Positions 44,374-53,128 of a DNA stretch of 64,000 nucleotides are shown here, in pieces. Below the pieces are notes generated by a model, which was given only the letters and a program-made list of their open reading frames with translations, was not told where the DNA came from and did not search any database. The translations under genes were made by a program, and so were the position numbers. The DNA is taken from assembly GCA_963700985.1 (NCBI GenBank), contig OY969554.1, positions 1,472,001 through 1,536,000 on the forward strand, given 5' to 3'. Position 1 is the first letter of the stretch. Every line of letters begins with the position of its first letter. The DNA is from an uncultured Chlamydiales bacterium. GTDB taxonomy: Bacteria; Chlamydiota; Chlamydiia; Chlamydiales; Rhabdochlamydiaceae.

Positions 44374-45566
44374 AATACAGCTAAAATTGAATCGACCACA
44401 TAGTCTAGGTTGTCCCAATTTAACCCGGCTACATTAATTCTTCCATCACTAGTCATGTAGATCGCATAATCTTTGGCCATACGCTCTACCTGCGATGGTG
44501 TAAGGCCTGAAAATGAGAAGAGTCCAAGTTGGTTATTCAAAAAGCTAAAATCGATTTTGGTCGATTTTTCATTGAGTTTAGAAGTAAACGCGGCACGCAT
44601 GACTCGAACTCTTTGCCTCATGGCTTCCAATTCATGTTCCCACTCTTTTTTTAACGCAGGTGACTTCAAAACTGTGGTTACGATACGTGCACCATGCTGC
44701 GGAGGATTCGAATAGTTTGCTCTAATGATTCCAACAAGTTTGCTCGAAAGAATCGCGCACTGCTTATGTTCATCGCAGATCACAAATAGCGCCCCTGTTC
44801 TCTCAGCATATAGAGAGAAATTCTTTGAAAAAGAGTAAGCCACTAGCATTTCATGCCCCTCGCGGGCAAACATGCGAATAGCATCAGCATCTTTATCTAA
44901 GCCCTTACCGAACCCTTGATAGGCGATATCGAAAAAAGGAATAAGTCGTTTTTCTAAAATGAGAGCAGAGAGCGTTTCCCACTGCTCTAGATCAAGATCG
45001 GTACCCGTCGGGTTTTGACAACATGCATGCAGGAGCACAATCGAGCGCGGCGGTAATTTACTCAGATAATCACGCATTGCGAAGAATTCGAGCGTGCTCT
45101 TCTGCTTGTCATAATAAGGATAGGTTTCGACTTTCAAACCCGCATGGGAAAAAACTGTTCGATGATTCGGCCAGGTGACGTCGGGGATATGAATGGTATC
45201 GCCAATTTTTTCTCGAAAGAGAAGGTCGCCTCCTATGCGTAGAGCGTTTGTGCCACCCACGGTTTGAACTTTGACCATGCGCTCTTTTGATTCAGGCCAG
45301 ACAGTCTCGCCAAATATAAGTTCTCCTACGCATTCGAGGTACTCTTTATCGCCATCTATCGGGAGATATTCCTTCGTCTTTTCGGAGATAAGCAGCTCTT
45401 GCTCAGCCTTTTTGACACAATTTAGCACAGGTGTAGTCAATGTCTCGGTGCGATAAACACCAACCGTTAAATTGACTTTTCCAGGTCTAGGATCAGCCTT
45501 AGCTGCCTGATTGATGCCGAAAACGGCATCAGGCATCGCAGGCTCAATTTGCGAAAAAAAATCCAT
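44370..45566 (-). CDS. aspC: aspartate/aromatic amino acid aminotransferase
   Basis: VNLTVGVYR, QTVGGTNAL, LHACCQNPTG, DIAYQGF, SFSKNFSLYAERTG, GRINVAG. Confidence 0.92.
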   Translation of the reverse strand: MDFFSQIEPAMPDAVFGINQAAKADPRPGKVNLTVGVYRTETLTTPVLNCVKKAEQELLISEKTKEYLPIDGDKEYLECVGELIFGETVWPESKERMVKVQTVGGTNALRIGGDLLFREKIGDTIHIPDVTWPNHRTVFSHAGLKVETYPYYDKQKSTLEFFAMRDYLSKLPPRSIVLLHACCQNPTGTDLDLEQWETLSALILEKRLIPFFDIAYQGFGKGLDKDADAIRMFAREGHEMLVAYSFSKNFSLYAERTGALFVICDEHKQCAILSSKLVGIIRANYSNPPQHGARIVTTVLKSPALKKEWEHELEAMRQRVRVMRAAFTSKLNEKSTKIDFSFLNNQLGLFSFSGLTPSQVERMAKDYAIYMTSDGRINVAGLNWDNLDYVVDSILAVL

Positions 45567-45647
45567 CCTGACCCCCTAAATATTTAATATATCCCTTCGG
45601 CTCTTGTGACAAAATGCCCTAAATGCCTAAAATTTGCGACTTCTTTG

Positions 45648-45720
45648 GGGGCGTTAGCTCAGTTGGTAGAGCGCAACGATGGCATTGTTGAGGTCAGCGG
45701 TTCGACCCCGCTACGCTCCA
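45648..45720 (+). tRNA. tRNA-Ala (GGC)
   Basis: Cloverleaf with GGGGCGT/ACGCTCC acceptor and G3:U70, anticodon GGC with A32/U38, GGTTCGA T-loop; CCA not encoded. Confidence 0.97.
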
Positions 45721-45799
45721 TCTCTCTTTCTCTTATAACCTACACGTAAATTAAGTCATAAACCCGCTTGTAGGAAGTTATTTTATTTAAAAAAATTTC

Positions 45800-45828
45800 T
45801 TGATCATGTACCACAAAAATGGTACGAT
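45800..45828 (+). promoter_or_regulatory. TA operon promoter with overlapping operator
   Basis: TTGATC-N17-TACGAT with inverted repeat GTACCA-N6-TGGTAC (45808-45825). Confidence 0.7.
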
Positions 45829-45856
45829 TTATTGTTCATTTAATAAGGGTTTTACC

Positions 45857-46231
45857 ATGCAACAAAGAGTCGCCTACAAAGGAAGCGAATTCACTATTGA
45901 ATGGTATTTTGATGTAAAAGGGCACTCTCAGTCACAAGAGTATTTTAATAAACAGCGCAAACTTCTCAATCTTTTCCGATTAATAGGCGATCAAGGCAAG
46001 ATTTTTGATGAAACAAAATTTCGAAATGAGGGAGACAAGATTTACGCATTTAAACCTCAACCCGATCGTTATTTATGCTTTTTCTATTCAGGAAAAAAAA
46101 TCATCGTAACAAACGCATTCATGAAAAAGACTCAAAAATTGCCAAACGGAGAGAAAGAGCAAGCTCTTAAATCTTTTCGAAGCTATCAAGAAAGAATAAA
46201 AGAAGGCTCTTATTATGAAGAAAAAAGCTAA
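45857..46231 (+). CDS. RelE/ParE superfamily (HigB/Gp49-like) toxin
   Basis: KIYAFKP...RYLCFF...IIVTNAFMKKTQKLP..EKEQAL; toxin-first order. Confidence 0.85.
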   Translation: MQQRVAYKGSEFTIEWYFDVKGHSQSQEYFNKQRKLLNLFRLIGDQGKIFDETKFRNEGDKIYAFKPQPDRYLCFFYSGKKIIVTNAFMKKTQKLPNGEKEQALKSFRSYQERIKEGSYYEEKS

Positions 46232-46520
46232 GTCTACCTACGAAGAGTTTATAGAAGATCAAAAACAAAAAAAGCTCCTCGATCGTGAGTATCGTGATCT
46301 CTTGATATCAGAACTGCTTCTTGCCGCGATGAATGAAGACCACATTTCTGTTAGAAAGTTAGCCGCTGCATCAGGAGTATCTCCTACTATCATTCAGGGC
46401 CTAAAATCAGGAAAAAAAACTAACGTCAATATTGATACATTGTCGAGAGTTTTAGATGTAATCGGCTATCAAATCGTTTTGGCACCAAAGAACAGACTCG
46501 GCAAGCGCTTAAAAATGTAA
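46215..46520 (+). CDS. XRE-family HTH antitoxin (HigA-like)
   Basis: ISVRKLAAASGVSPTIIQGLKSG HTH; overlaps the toxin stop. Confidence 0.85.
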   Translation: MKKKAKSTYEEFIEDQKQKKLLDREYRDLLISELLLAAMNEDHISVRKLAAASGVSPTIIQGLKSGKKTNVNIDTLSRVLDVIGYQIVLAPKNRLGKRLKM

Positions 46521-46549
46521 AATGTGTTCGAAAAAGAGCTCCTCGAGGC

Positions 46550-48217
46550 TTATTCGCCTTCGAGGAGATCTAGAAAGGCTTGCAGCTGTTTAGAACGTGT
46601 CGGATGGCGCATCTTGCGCAGCGCTTTGGCTTCGATTTGACGCACCCTTTCACGTGTAACCTTAAAGCGTAAACCTACCTCTTCGAGCGTCTTTGGCTTT
46701 CCATCAAGAAGGCCGAAGCGTTCGATGAGCACGGTGCGCTCACGATCGGTTAACGTAGAGAGCACTTCGTTCATCTTATCTTTGAGAATTGCGTATCCAG
46801 TAGCCTCTGCAGGCGACTCGATCGTTGTATCCTCTAAGAAATCGCCAAACTGGCTCTCGCCACCCTCTCCAACCTCGGCTTGTAACGAGATAGGATGCTG
46901 GGCGATCTTGTAGATTTCACGCACGCGCTCTGGTGTAAGCCCAAGTTCGGCAGCTAGCTCTTCTGGCGTAGGCTCCCGACCTGTTTCCATCATTAGCTTT
47001 TTCGCTCCGCGTAGCACCTTGTTGATCGTTTCGATCATGTGCACAGGGATACGGATCGTACGCGCTTGATCTGCGATTGCGCGCGTCACAGCCTGACGAA
47101 TCCACCAAGTAGCATAGGTAGAGAACTTATAACCGCGGCGATATTCGAATTTTTCTACAGCCTTCATCAGACCCATATTCCCCTCTTGAATGAGGTCGAG
47201 GAATGAAAGGCCGCGATTCGTATATTTTTTCGCGATCGAGATAACGAGTCTTAGGTTAGATTCAACCATCTCACGCTTAGCTTCCTGGCTCTTATCCATC
47301 CAGCGCTGCAGCATGCGGACGTCTTTTTTAAACTCATCCAGCGATCTTCCAGCAGCAAGCTCACGCTTGCGAAGGCGTCTTTCTAAGGCTAAAAGCTTGC
47401 CAGCGGCAAATTTATTTTTCTGCGCGCGCGGGGCCAGCTCTTGCATCTCTTTTTCAATGACGAGGAAGCGCTCATAAGCATTTAGAATTACTTCACCGAA
47501 GTCTTCGATGATGTTATGTCGCAAGTGGAGCCGGCGAAGATAGGCTTGTGTGCGAATGCGGCACTTCTCCATATCTTCGGAGATCTTTACGCGATCGGTC
47601 TTCTTGAGCTTAGGATTACGCAATTGGATGAGCAGATTTTCTAAAATCGCATCCTCTTTGCGCAAAAGAGAGCTTAATTTGGGCAGCAGGTTGAGATAAC
47701 CTTGCTTATCGCTGACTTCTTTTTCAGCGATGATCTTGTCAAAACGGTCTTTGCCATTAGTAAGGTAGTTGATGATCGAGATCGCTTCACGCGTAGAATA
47801 ACGGAAACGCATGATGATCTTTTCGATCTGAATTTGCGCTTTCTCAATACGCTTTGAGATCTCCACTTCTTCTTCGCGTGTCAAAAGAGGAACTGATCCC
47901 ATCTCTTTGAGATACATGCGGACTGGATCATCAGAAGTTCCTTCTGAACGCTTAGGCAGAGCTTCTTGCTCTTTAGCTTCTTTCTTACGCTCTTTTTGGC
48001 GATCGACTTCGGCTTGGTTAAGGACCTGAATGTCCATGCCGCTTAAGAAAATCAAAACCTGATCGATCTGCTCAGCAGAATCGAAGGTCATGGGGAGAAT
48101 CTCGTTGATCTCCTCGTAAGTGATGTAGCCCTGCTCTTTAGCGATGGCAACCAGCTCTTCAACCTTCTGCTGGTGCTGCTGACTAAAAAGAGTTCCGAAG
48201 TTTCCTTTGACTGTCAT
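46550..48217 (-). CDS. rpoD: RNA polymerase major sigma factor (sigma66)
   Basis: [67 protein letters not shown]. Confidence 0.97.
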   Translation of the reverse strand: MTVKGNFGTLFSQQHQQKVEELVAIAKEQGYITYEEINEILPMTFDSAEQIDQVLIFLSGMDIQVLNQAEVDRQKERKKEAKEQEALPKRSEGTSDDPVRMYLKEMGSVPLLTREEEVEISKRIEKAQIQIEKIIMRFRYSTREAISIINYLTNGKDRFDKIIAEKEVSDKQGYLNLLPKLSSLLRKEDAILENLLIQLRNPKLKKTDRVKISEDMEKCRIRTQAYLRRLHLRHNIIEDFGEVILNAYERFLVIEKEMQELAPRAQKNKFAAGKLLALERRLRKRELAAGRSLDEFKKDVRMLQRWMDKSQEAKREMVESNLRLVISIAKKYTNRGLSFLDLIQEGNMGLMKAVEKFEYRRGYKFSTYATWWIRQAVTRAIADQARTIRIPVHMIETINKVLRGAKKLMMETGREPTPEELAAELGLTPERVREIYKIAQHPISLQAEVGEGGESQFGDFLEDTTIESPAEATGYAILKDKMNEVLSTLTDRERTVLIERFGLLDGKPKTLEEVGLRFKVTRERVRQIEAKALRKMRHPTRSKQLQAFLDLLEGE

Positions 48218-48275
48218 AAAGACTATAGAAATTAGGTTGTTGTAAACTTGATAAAGAAACTTCTAAATTACTTCC

Positions 48276-49100
48276 ATGCAATTTTACGCCCTAGAAGGAG
48301 AGATTCCTGTTTTAGCTGCTCAAGCTCTGAGACACAAGGACTACTATTGTCCTGAGTGTCAGGCACCGGTTCGTTTGCGTAAAGGGGCCGAGCGTCAACC
48401 TCACTTTTACCATCCTACAGTCCCAGCTCATTGCCTGCAGCACAAAAAAAGCCTCACGCACCTTAGGATCCAGTGGATCATCCAGTCTCTCCTTCCACCG
48501 GGCGAAGGGAAGATGGAAAGAGCCTTTCCTGAGATCAGCAGGATTGCCGATGTCGCCTGGGAGCGAGGCAAGATCGTTTTTGAGGTCCAGTATTCGCCGA
48601 TCTCGCTCCAAGAAGCTCAAGCTCGTTGCCGGGACTATCGAAAATTAGGCTATACGCCAATTTGGATCCTTCACGACAAGCAGTTTAATAAGCGCAAAAT
48701 TCGCGCCGCCGAAGAACTCCTTCGTCAAACTGGTGGTTACTATACCAATATCGATGAAAAAGGTCATGGAGAAATCTACGACCAGTTCGATATCACCCTC
48801 GCCAGCAGAAGGCTTTTTCGCGGGCCTCCTCTCAAAATTGATCTTACACGTCCTTTAAATCTCACACCGATATTCGACCATTCGGAAGCTCCTCCTCAGA
48901 TGCTTTTAAAAAGAATTCCGGCTTGGCCGATTTATTTTGGCGGCGATCTCTTAGATTCTTTTTTACGCGCTCCTAGTGCCTCTATGCGCAACTTGGAAGA
49001 GAGGTTTTTGAGACGCACTCCCTCGTTTTCTCTATGGGTCTTGCTGAAAAATACCTATCAAATATTCTTCAGAATGGTTCTTGAAAAAGTTTGTCGATGA
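48276..49100 (+). CDS. coiA: competence protein CoiA-like nuclease
   Basis: YYCPEC...PHFYH zinc motif; RIADV...VFEVQYS PD-(D/E)xK-like motif. Confidence 0.75.
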   Translation: MQFYALEGEIPVLAAQALRHKDYYCPECQAPVRLRKGAERQPHFYHPTVPAHCLQHKKSLTHLRIQWIIQSLLPPGEGKMERAFPEISRIADVAWERGKIVFEVQYSPISLQEAQARCRDYRKLGYTPIWILHDKQFNKRKIRAAEELLRQTGGYYTNIDEKGHGEIYDQFDITLASRRLFRGPPLKIDLTRPLNLTPIFDHSEAPPQMLLKRIPAWPIYFGGDLLDSFLRAPSASMRNLEERFLRRTPSFSLWVLLKNTYQIFFRMVLEKVCR

Positions 49101-49516
49101 AGCGTTGGAAAGAGGAGAAAATAGCCGAGTAAGCTAAAGCTAATCAGGGCATAAGTGAGGCGTTTATATGGAAAAAGTTTTTGAAGTGAAGAAATTTTTG
49201 GGGACTTGGGGTTATACCAGACAGACCAACGATAACTTTCCCAACGTTTGAGCTCTGCTTCTGCCGAAAAACGATTGAGAAAAGCGGGCTCTTTCAAACT
49301 GCATCTACCCGCATATTTCTCGCCTTTAACTTCAAAAAAATAAGTTGCTACTAGAAAAAATTTTGACGAACGCTCTTCTACTTCCCATGTTTCAATTTGG
49401 GCCTTTGTATGCGCCGGCAAACGAAAATAGCCCACTAACTCAAAGAGAGCGAGCCCCCCAAACCAGAGGCAAGCGGCCACCATTATACCTAATAGAGACA
49501 CCCATCTCTTGTTCAT
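49058..49516 (-). CDS. two-TM hypothetical membrane protein (DUF3592-like)
   Basis: N- and C-terminal TM helices; Y.F.V.G..Y and VWYNPKSP. Confidence 0.6.
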   Translation of the reverse strand: MNKRWVSLLGIMVAACLWFGGLALFELVGYFRLPAHTKAQIETWEVEERSSKFFLVATYFFEVKGEKYAGRCSLKEPAFLNRFSAEAELKRWESYRWSVWYNPKSPKISSLQKLFPYKRLTYALISFSLLGYFLLFPTLHRQTFSRTILKNI

Positions 49517-49576
49517 TAATCCCCAGTACGGTATATTTTTCAAAAAACTCGAGGGAAAACCCTCAAAGGGGAAACT

Positions 49577-49903
49577 ATGGCAGAAGCGGAAAAAAAGGTA
49601 AAACAAAGGCGTCCACAAGCTTTAAAACGCGATATTCAAGCTGAAAAAAGACGCTTGCACAACCGCGCTTTTAAATCTAAAACCTCAACAGTTATTCGCT
49701 CTCTTCATGATGCGATCTCTGCAGGTCAAGGCGATGTCAGCAAGGCACAATTGAGCGCTGTTTACAGCATCATGGACAAAGGTGTAAAGGCTGGTACAAT
49801 CAAAAAGAATAAAGCAAACCGCGTTAAAGCTAGACTCTCCAAGAAACTCGCGGCTCCTGCTCCTGTCGTTGCTACTAAAGCAGCTAAAACTTCCAAAAAA
49901 TAA
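49577..49903 (+). CDS. rpsT: 30S ribosomal protein S20
   Basis: ALKRDIQAEKRRLHNRAFKS, DKGVKAGTIKKNKANRVKARL. Confidence 0.95.
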   Translation: MAEAEKKVKQRRPQALKRDIQAEKRRLHNRAFKSKTSTVIRSLHDAISAGQGDVSKAQLSAVYSIMDKGVKAGTIKKNKANRVKARLSKKLAAPAPVVATKAAKTSKK

Positions 49904-49912
49904 GCTCTCAGT

Positions 49913-49946
49913 CTCTCTCATGGAAACATGAGAGGGCTACTTTTTT
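49913..49946 (+). terminator. intrinsic terminator of rpsT
   Basis: CTCTCATG-GAAA-CATGAGAG stem followed by TTTTTT. Confidence 0.7.
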
Positions 49947-49991
49947 CATGCATGTTGCATAAACGTGCATGAGAAACTTTTTCTCTCCTAC

Positions 49992-51449
49992 TTATCGTTC
50001 TTCCATGCGTGAAAATTGCGCCAGCAGCGTGCAAATTCGATCTTCTAGATTCTTCTTATACTCAATTGCTGGCTTAACAAAGCCATTGATCATGATGGCA
50101 AAAGCGAGCTGCTCGCCATCTTGTGTAGTTGCATAGCCCGCCAAGCTAGAAATGCCGGTCATTGTACCGGGTTTGGCGCGAATTCTTCCTTTCACTAAAG
50201 GATCATTCATGCGCTGCAAGCTGCCATCGATCCCACTTAGAGGCATTGAAGATAAAAACTCAGGGAAAATGAGAGATTGGTCTTTCATCCAGGCTAAAAA
50301 AGTCACTAATTGATGAGGGCTCACTAAGTTATAGCGCGACTCACCATCGCCATCTACTATCGCCAGATCATCGACGTTAATCTTAGCTGTATCTGAAAGA
50401 AAAACACGCAGAGCCTGCGCTCCCTTTTTCCAGGTTCCTGGAGTTTTATAAAGTTTTTCGCCCATTTTTTTGAAAATGCAGTTGCTATAGAGATTATCTG
50501 ATTCTTTCATGACCTGATTGACGATCTCGCTAAGCGTAACCGAGCGATGTACGGCTATTGTCTCGGCCCATTCAGGCACCTGTTTAAATGTAATTTTCCC
50601 AGTTAGCTGAATACCTAGTTCCGCTAATAGATCGCGAAAGAGAATAGCCGCATATAGAGAAGGAGATTCAACAGGGATTTCATATTGTTTACCTGGACTC
50701 TGCAGGCTTATGGTGCCTCCGATTTCAATCAGATTCTCTTTTGTAACCCATCTTCGGCTAATACTTAGCTCGCCATTCTTCTTGGTCGTCTTAGCAAAAT
50801 TTTGAACGTTCACACCCTCAATTTTAGGATGGATCGCCACCGCAGCTGGAGTATTCTCTTTAGCTCCTGGTTCCACGTAGACTGTGACGCAGCTATGGTT
50901 GACCAGCAGTGCATCTATCGGAGAGTTCCAATATTCGGCGCCCTCATCCCACATCCAACCAGGACCCTGAGAGATGTTGTCAAAATCGAAGTTATCGATC
51001 ACCAGATCGCCCTGAATGGTTTTAATTCCAGTCCTGGAAAGCTGAAAAGCGAGCTTCTTCAAATCGGCAGTAGTGAGTGATGGGTCTCCTCCACCTTTAA
51101 GATAGAGATCGCCCTGCAATATGCCCTCTTTGACCTCGCCTTGGCGAAATAGTCGCGTCTCAAAACGATAATCTGCGCCTAATACTGACAAAGCAGAGGC
51201 AGCCGTAAAAATTTTCTGTGCGCTTGCAGGCACAAACATGTGCTTAGCGTTTCGCTCATAGATTTTTTGGCCGTCTTTTAGCGAAATAATCTCGATGCCG
51301 ATATGCGCATTTGGATCGACTTCTTGTATTGTGCGATCGATGGCTTTTCGAAGAAAATAGAGATCAACTTTAGAGGATTTTTCACTCGATGCAGAAGAGA
51401 GTAGAGAAAAAAGAAATATAGAACAGACAATCCAACCTAACTTGCGCAC
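49992..51449 (-). CDS. dacB: D-alanyl-D-alanine carboxypeptidase/endopeptidase (PBP4, S13)
   Basis: PASAQK (SxxK), GGGDPSL, ESDN (SxN), KPGT in place of KTGT. Confidence 0.9.
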   Translation of the reverse strand: MRKLGWIVCSIFLFSLLSSASSEKSSKVDLYFLRKAIDRTIQEVDPNAHIGIEIISLKDGQKIYERNAKHMFVPASAQKIFTAASALSVLGADYRFETRLFRQGEVKEGILQGDLYLKGGGDPSLTTADLKKLAFQLSRTGIKTIQGDLVIDNFDFDNISQGPGWMWDEGAEYWNSPIDALLVNHSCVTVYVEPGAKENTPAAVAIHPKIEGVNVQNFAKTTKKNGELSISRRWVTKENLIEIGGTISLQSPGKQYEIPVESPSLYAAILFRDLLAELGIQLTGKITFKQVPEWAETIAVHRSVTLSEIVNQVMKESDNLYSNCIFKKMGEKLYKTPGTWKKGAQALRVFLSDTAKINVDDLAIVDGDGESRYNLVSPHQLVTFLAWMKDQSLIFPEFLSSMPLSGIDGSLQRMNDPLVKGRIRAKPGTMTGISSLAGYATTQDGEQLAFAIMINGFVKPAIEYKKNLEDRICTLLAQFSRMEER

Positions 51450-51463
51450 TGTGTTTACCTATT

Positions 51464-53128
51464 TTAAGGGTTTTTTTGCAGTCTTGCATGGAGGGCAGAT
51501 ATTTTTCTAGATGCGTGGCTAAGAGCCTTTAGAAGAACCTCTTGATTTGAGATTATTTTTAGACTTTTTTTAGAGCGCGTGGCTCCGGTATAAATGATCT
51601 CGCGGCCAAAATATTCTGAGCCAGGCGGCGCGATAAGGAAAACATGTTCATATTCGCTGCCCTGACTTTTATGTACGGAGAGGCAGTAGGCATATTCATG
51701 CGGCGGCAATAGGCTAAATGGCACGCGCTTAAAGGGTGCAGGGCCAAAAAGCGCAAAATCTCCGGTTCCGCCAGAGCCAGATACATGTCGAATTAAAATT
51801 CCTGTTTCCCCATTACGCAAGTCTAGATCTTCTGAGCTGCGCGTGATCAGAATAGGCAAGGCAAGTGTGTCGCCCTCTTTGATCTGGCTCATGAAGCGCT
51901 CGGCAAGCCAAGCATTCAACGCATCCACTCCAAAAGGACCACGACGCAAGCAGGATAAGAGGCCAAAATGCTCTTTGCTAGCCCACAGTTGATCGAAATT
52001 AAGCGGCGAAGATGAGGGCTGAGGAAAATGTGTGCTAGCCATCTTCCAAATGTCTTCGAGCACAACTGACGCATCACCAAGTTCCACATATTTGAGTGCC
52101 TCACTGCCACTCTGAGAGAGCAACTTCCACACTTTATCACCCTCGCCAAGCTTCACCGCTTCTGCCAATCGTAAAATTTCTTGGCGATCAGAGCGAAGCC
52201 ATTGAGTTAAACTCGATAGGCTCTCGGGAGATTTGATGCGTAAAACTTCAATCAAATCCGCAAAAAGGCTACCCGCTTCAACGGGAGGGAGTTGATAAGG
52301 ATCGCCCATCAGAACTAAATGCGTCCCAGGTTGAATCGCCCCTAATAAATAGGAAAAAAGGCGCGCATCGATCATTGAACACTCATCCACAATTAATAGA
52401 TCTGCTAGGACGCAAGGGGCATCACTCAAAAAATCGCTCTCTTTATGCACTCCTAAAAGTGCGTGCAGTGTGCTTACTTGAATCTTTTCACTTGAAAGTT
52501 GTGTTTGAAGCTGTTTGGCAGCCTTTCCGGTTGGCGCAGCCAATGAGATGCGTGCCTCTGGCCATCGCTCTAAAAATGCGCGCACAATGCGCGCGGCCGT
52601 AAATGTCTTGCCCGTACCAGGTCCCCCGCAAAGCACAGAAAGAGGGCGAGATAGTGCCTTTGAAACAGCATTTTGCTGCTCATCGGTAAGATCTTTTACA
52701 AGCTGTGGGGACTCAGCTTTTGAAGGCTGCATCAGTAGATTTTCTAAATGAGTTAAAAAGTGCGTTTCAAAAAGCCAATTCTTTTGCAGGTAACAGAACT
52801 CTTCAAATCGACAGACTCCTTTTATCGGCAGGGTGCCGCCCTTTCGAATCATCTCTGTCACACGCTTACTCTCTTCGCCAAAAGAAGCAAAAAGAGCTAA
52901 GAGCTCTTTCTCCTCCAGCGGAAGACAAAGATGGCCTTGACGGGACGACCAGAGCAGCGCGGCTAAAAAGAGCATCTGCTCTTCGTTTGCATCATCTTTG
53001 AGCAAACACTTAGCAAAAAAACCATCGATCTCGGAAAACAAACCCTTGTTAATCAATTGCTGCAGGTAAGTAGGTGCGCTACTTAAACCTTCTCGCTGTT
53101 CAAATAACGTTTGCGCTAATCCTTTCAT
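51464..53128 (-). CDS. recD: exodeoxyribonuclease V alpha subunit
   Basis: GGPGTGKT, AAPTGKAA, VDECSM, GDPYQLPPV, SVHKSQGSEY. Confidence 0.93.
   Translation of the reverse strand: MKGLAQTLFEQREGLSSAPTYLQQLINKGLFSEIDGFFAKCLLKDDANEEQMLFLAALLWSSRQGHLCLPLEEKELLALFASFGEESKRVTEMIRKGGTLPIKGVCRFEEFCYLQKNWLFETHFLTHLENLLMQPSKAESPQLVKDLTDEQQNAVSKALSRPLSVLCGGPGTGKTFTAARIVRAFLERWPEARISLAAPTGKAAKQLQTQLSSEKIQVSTLHALLGVHKESDFLSDAPCVLADLLIVDECSMIDARLFSYLLGAIQPGTHLVLMGDPYQLPPVEAGSLFADLIEVLRIKSPESLSSLTQWLRSDRQEILRLAEAVKLGEGDKVWKLLSQSGSEALKYVELGDASVVLEDIWKMASTHFPQPSSSPLNFDQLWASKEHFGLLSCLRRGPFGVDALNAWLAERFMSQIKEGDTLALPILITRSSEDLDLRNGETGILIRHVSGSGGTGDFALFGPAPFKRVPFSLLPPHEYAYCLSVHKSQGSEYEHVFLIAPPGSEYFGREIIYTGATRSKKSLKIISNQEVLLKALSHASRKISALHARLQKNP

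Noticed and set aside
45700-46550. attL/attR duplication of the tRNA-Ala 3' end
   Set aside because: No second copy of the tRNA 3' end was found after the TA module.
49850-49903. Ala/Lys-rich C-terminal extension of S20
   Set aside because: Short low-complexity tails are common on ribosomal proteins; no evidence of a distinct function.
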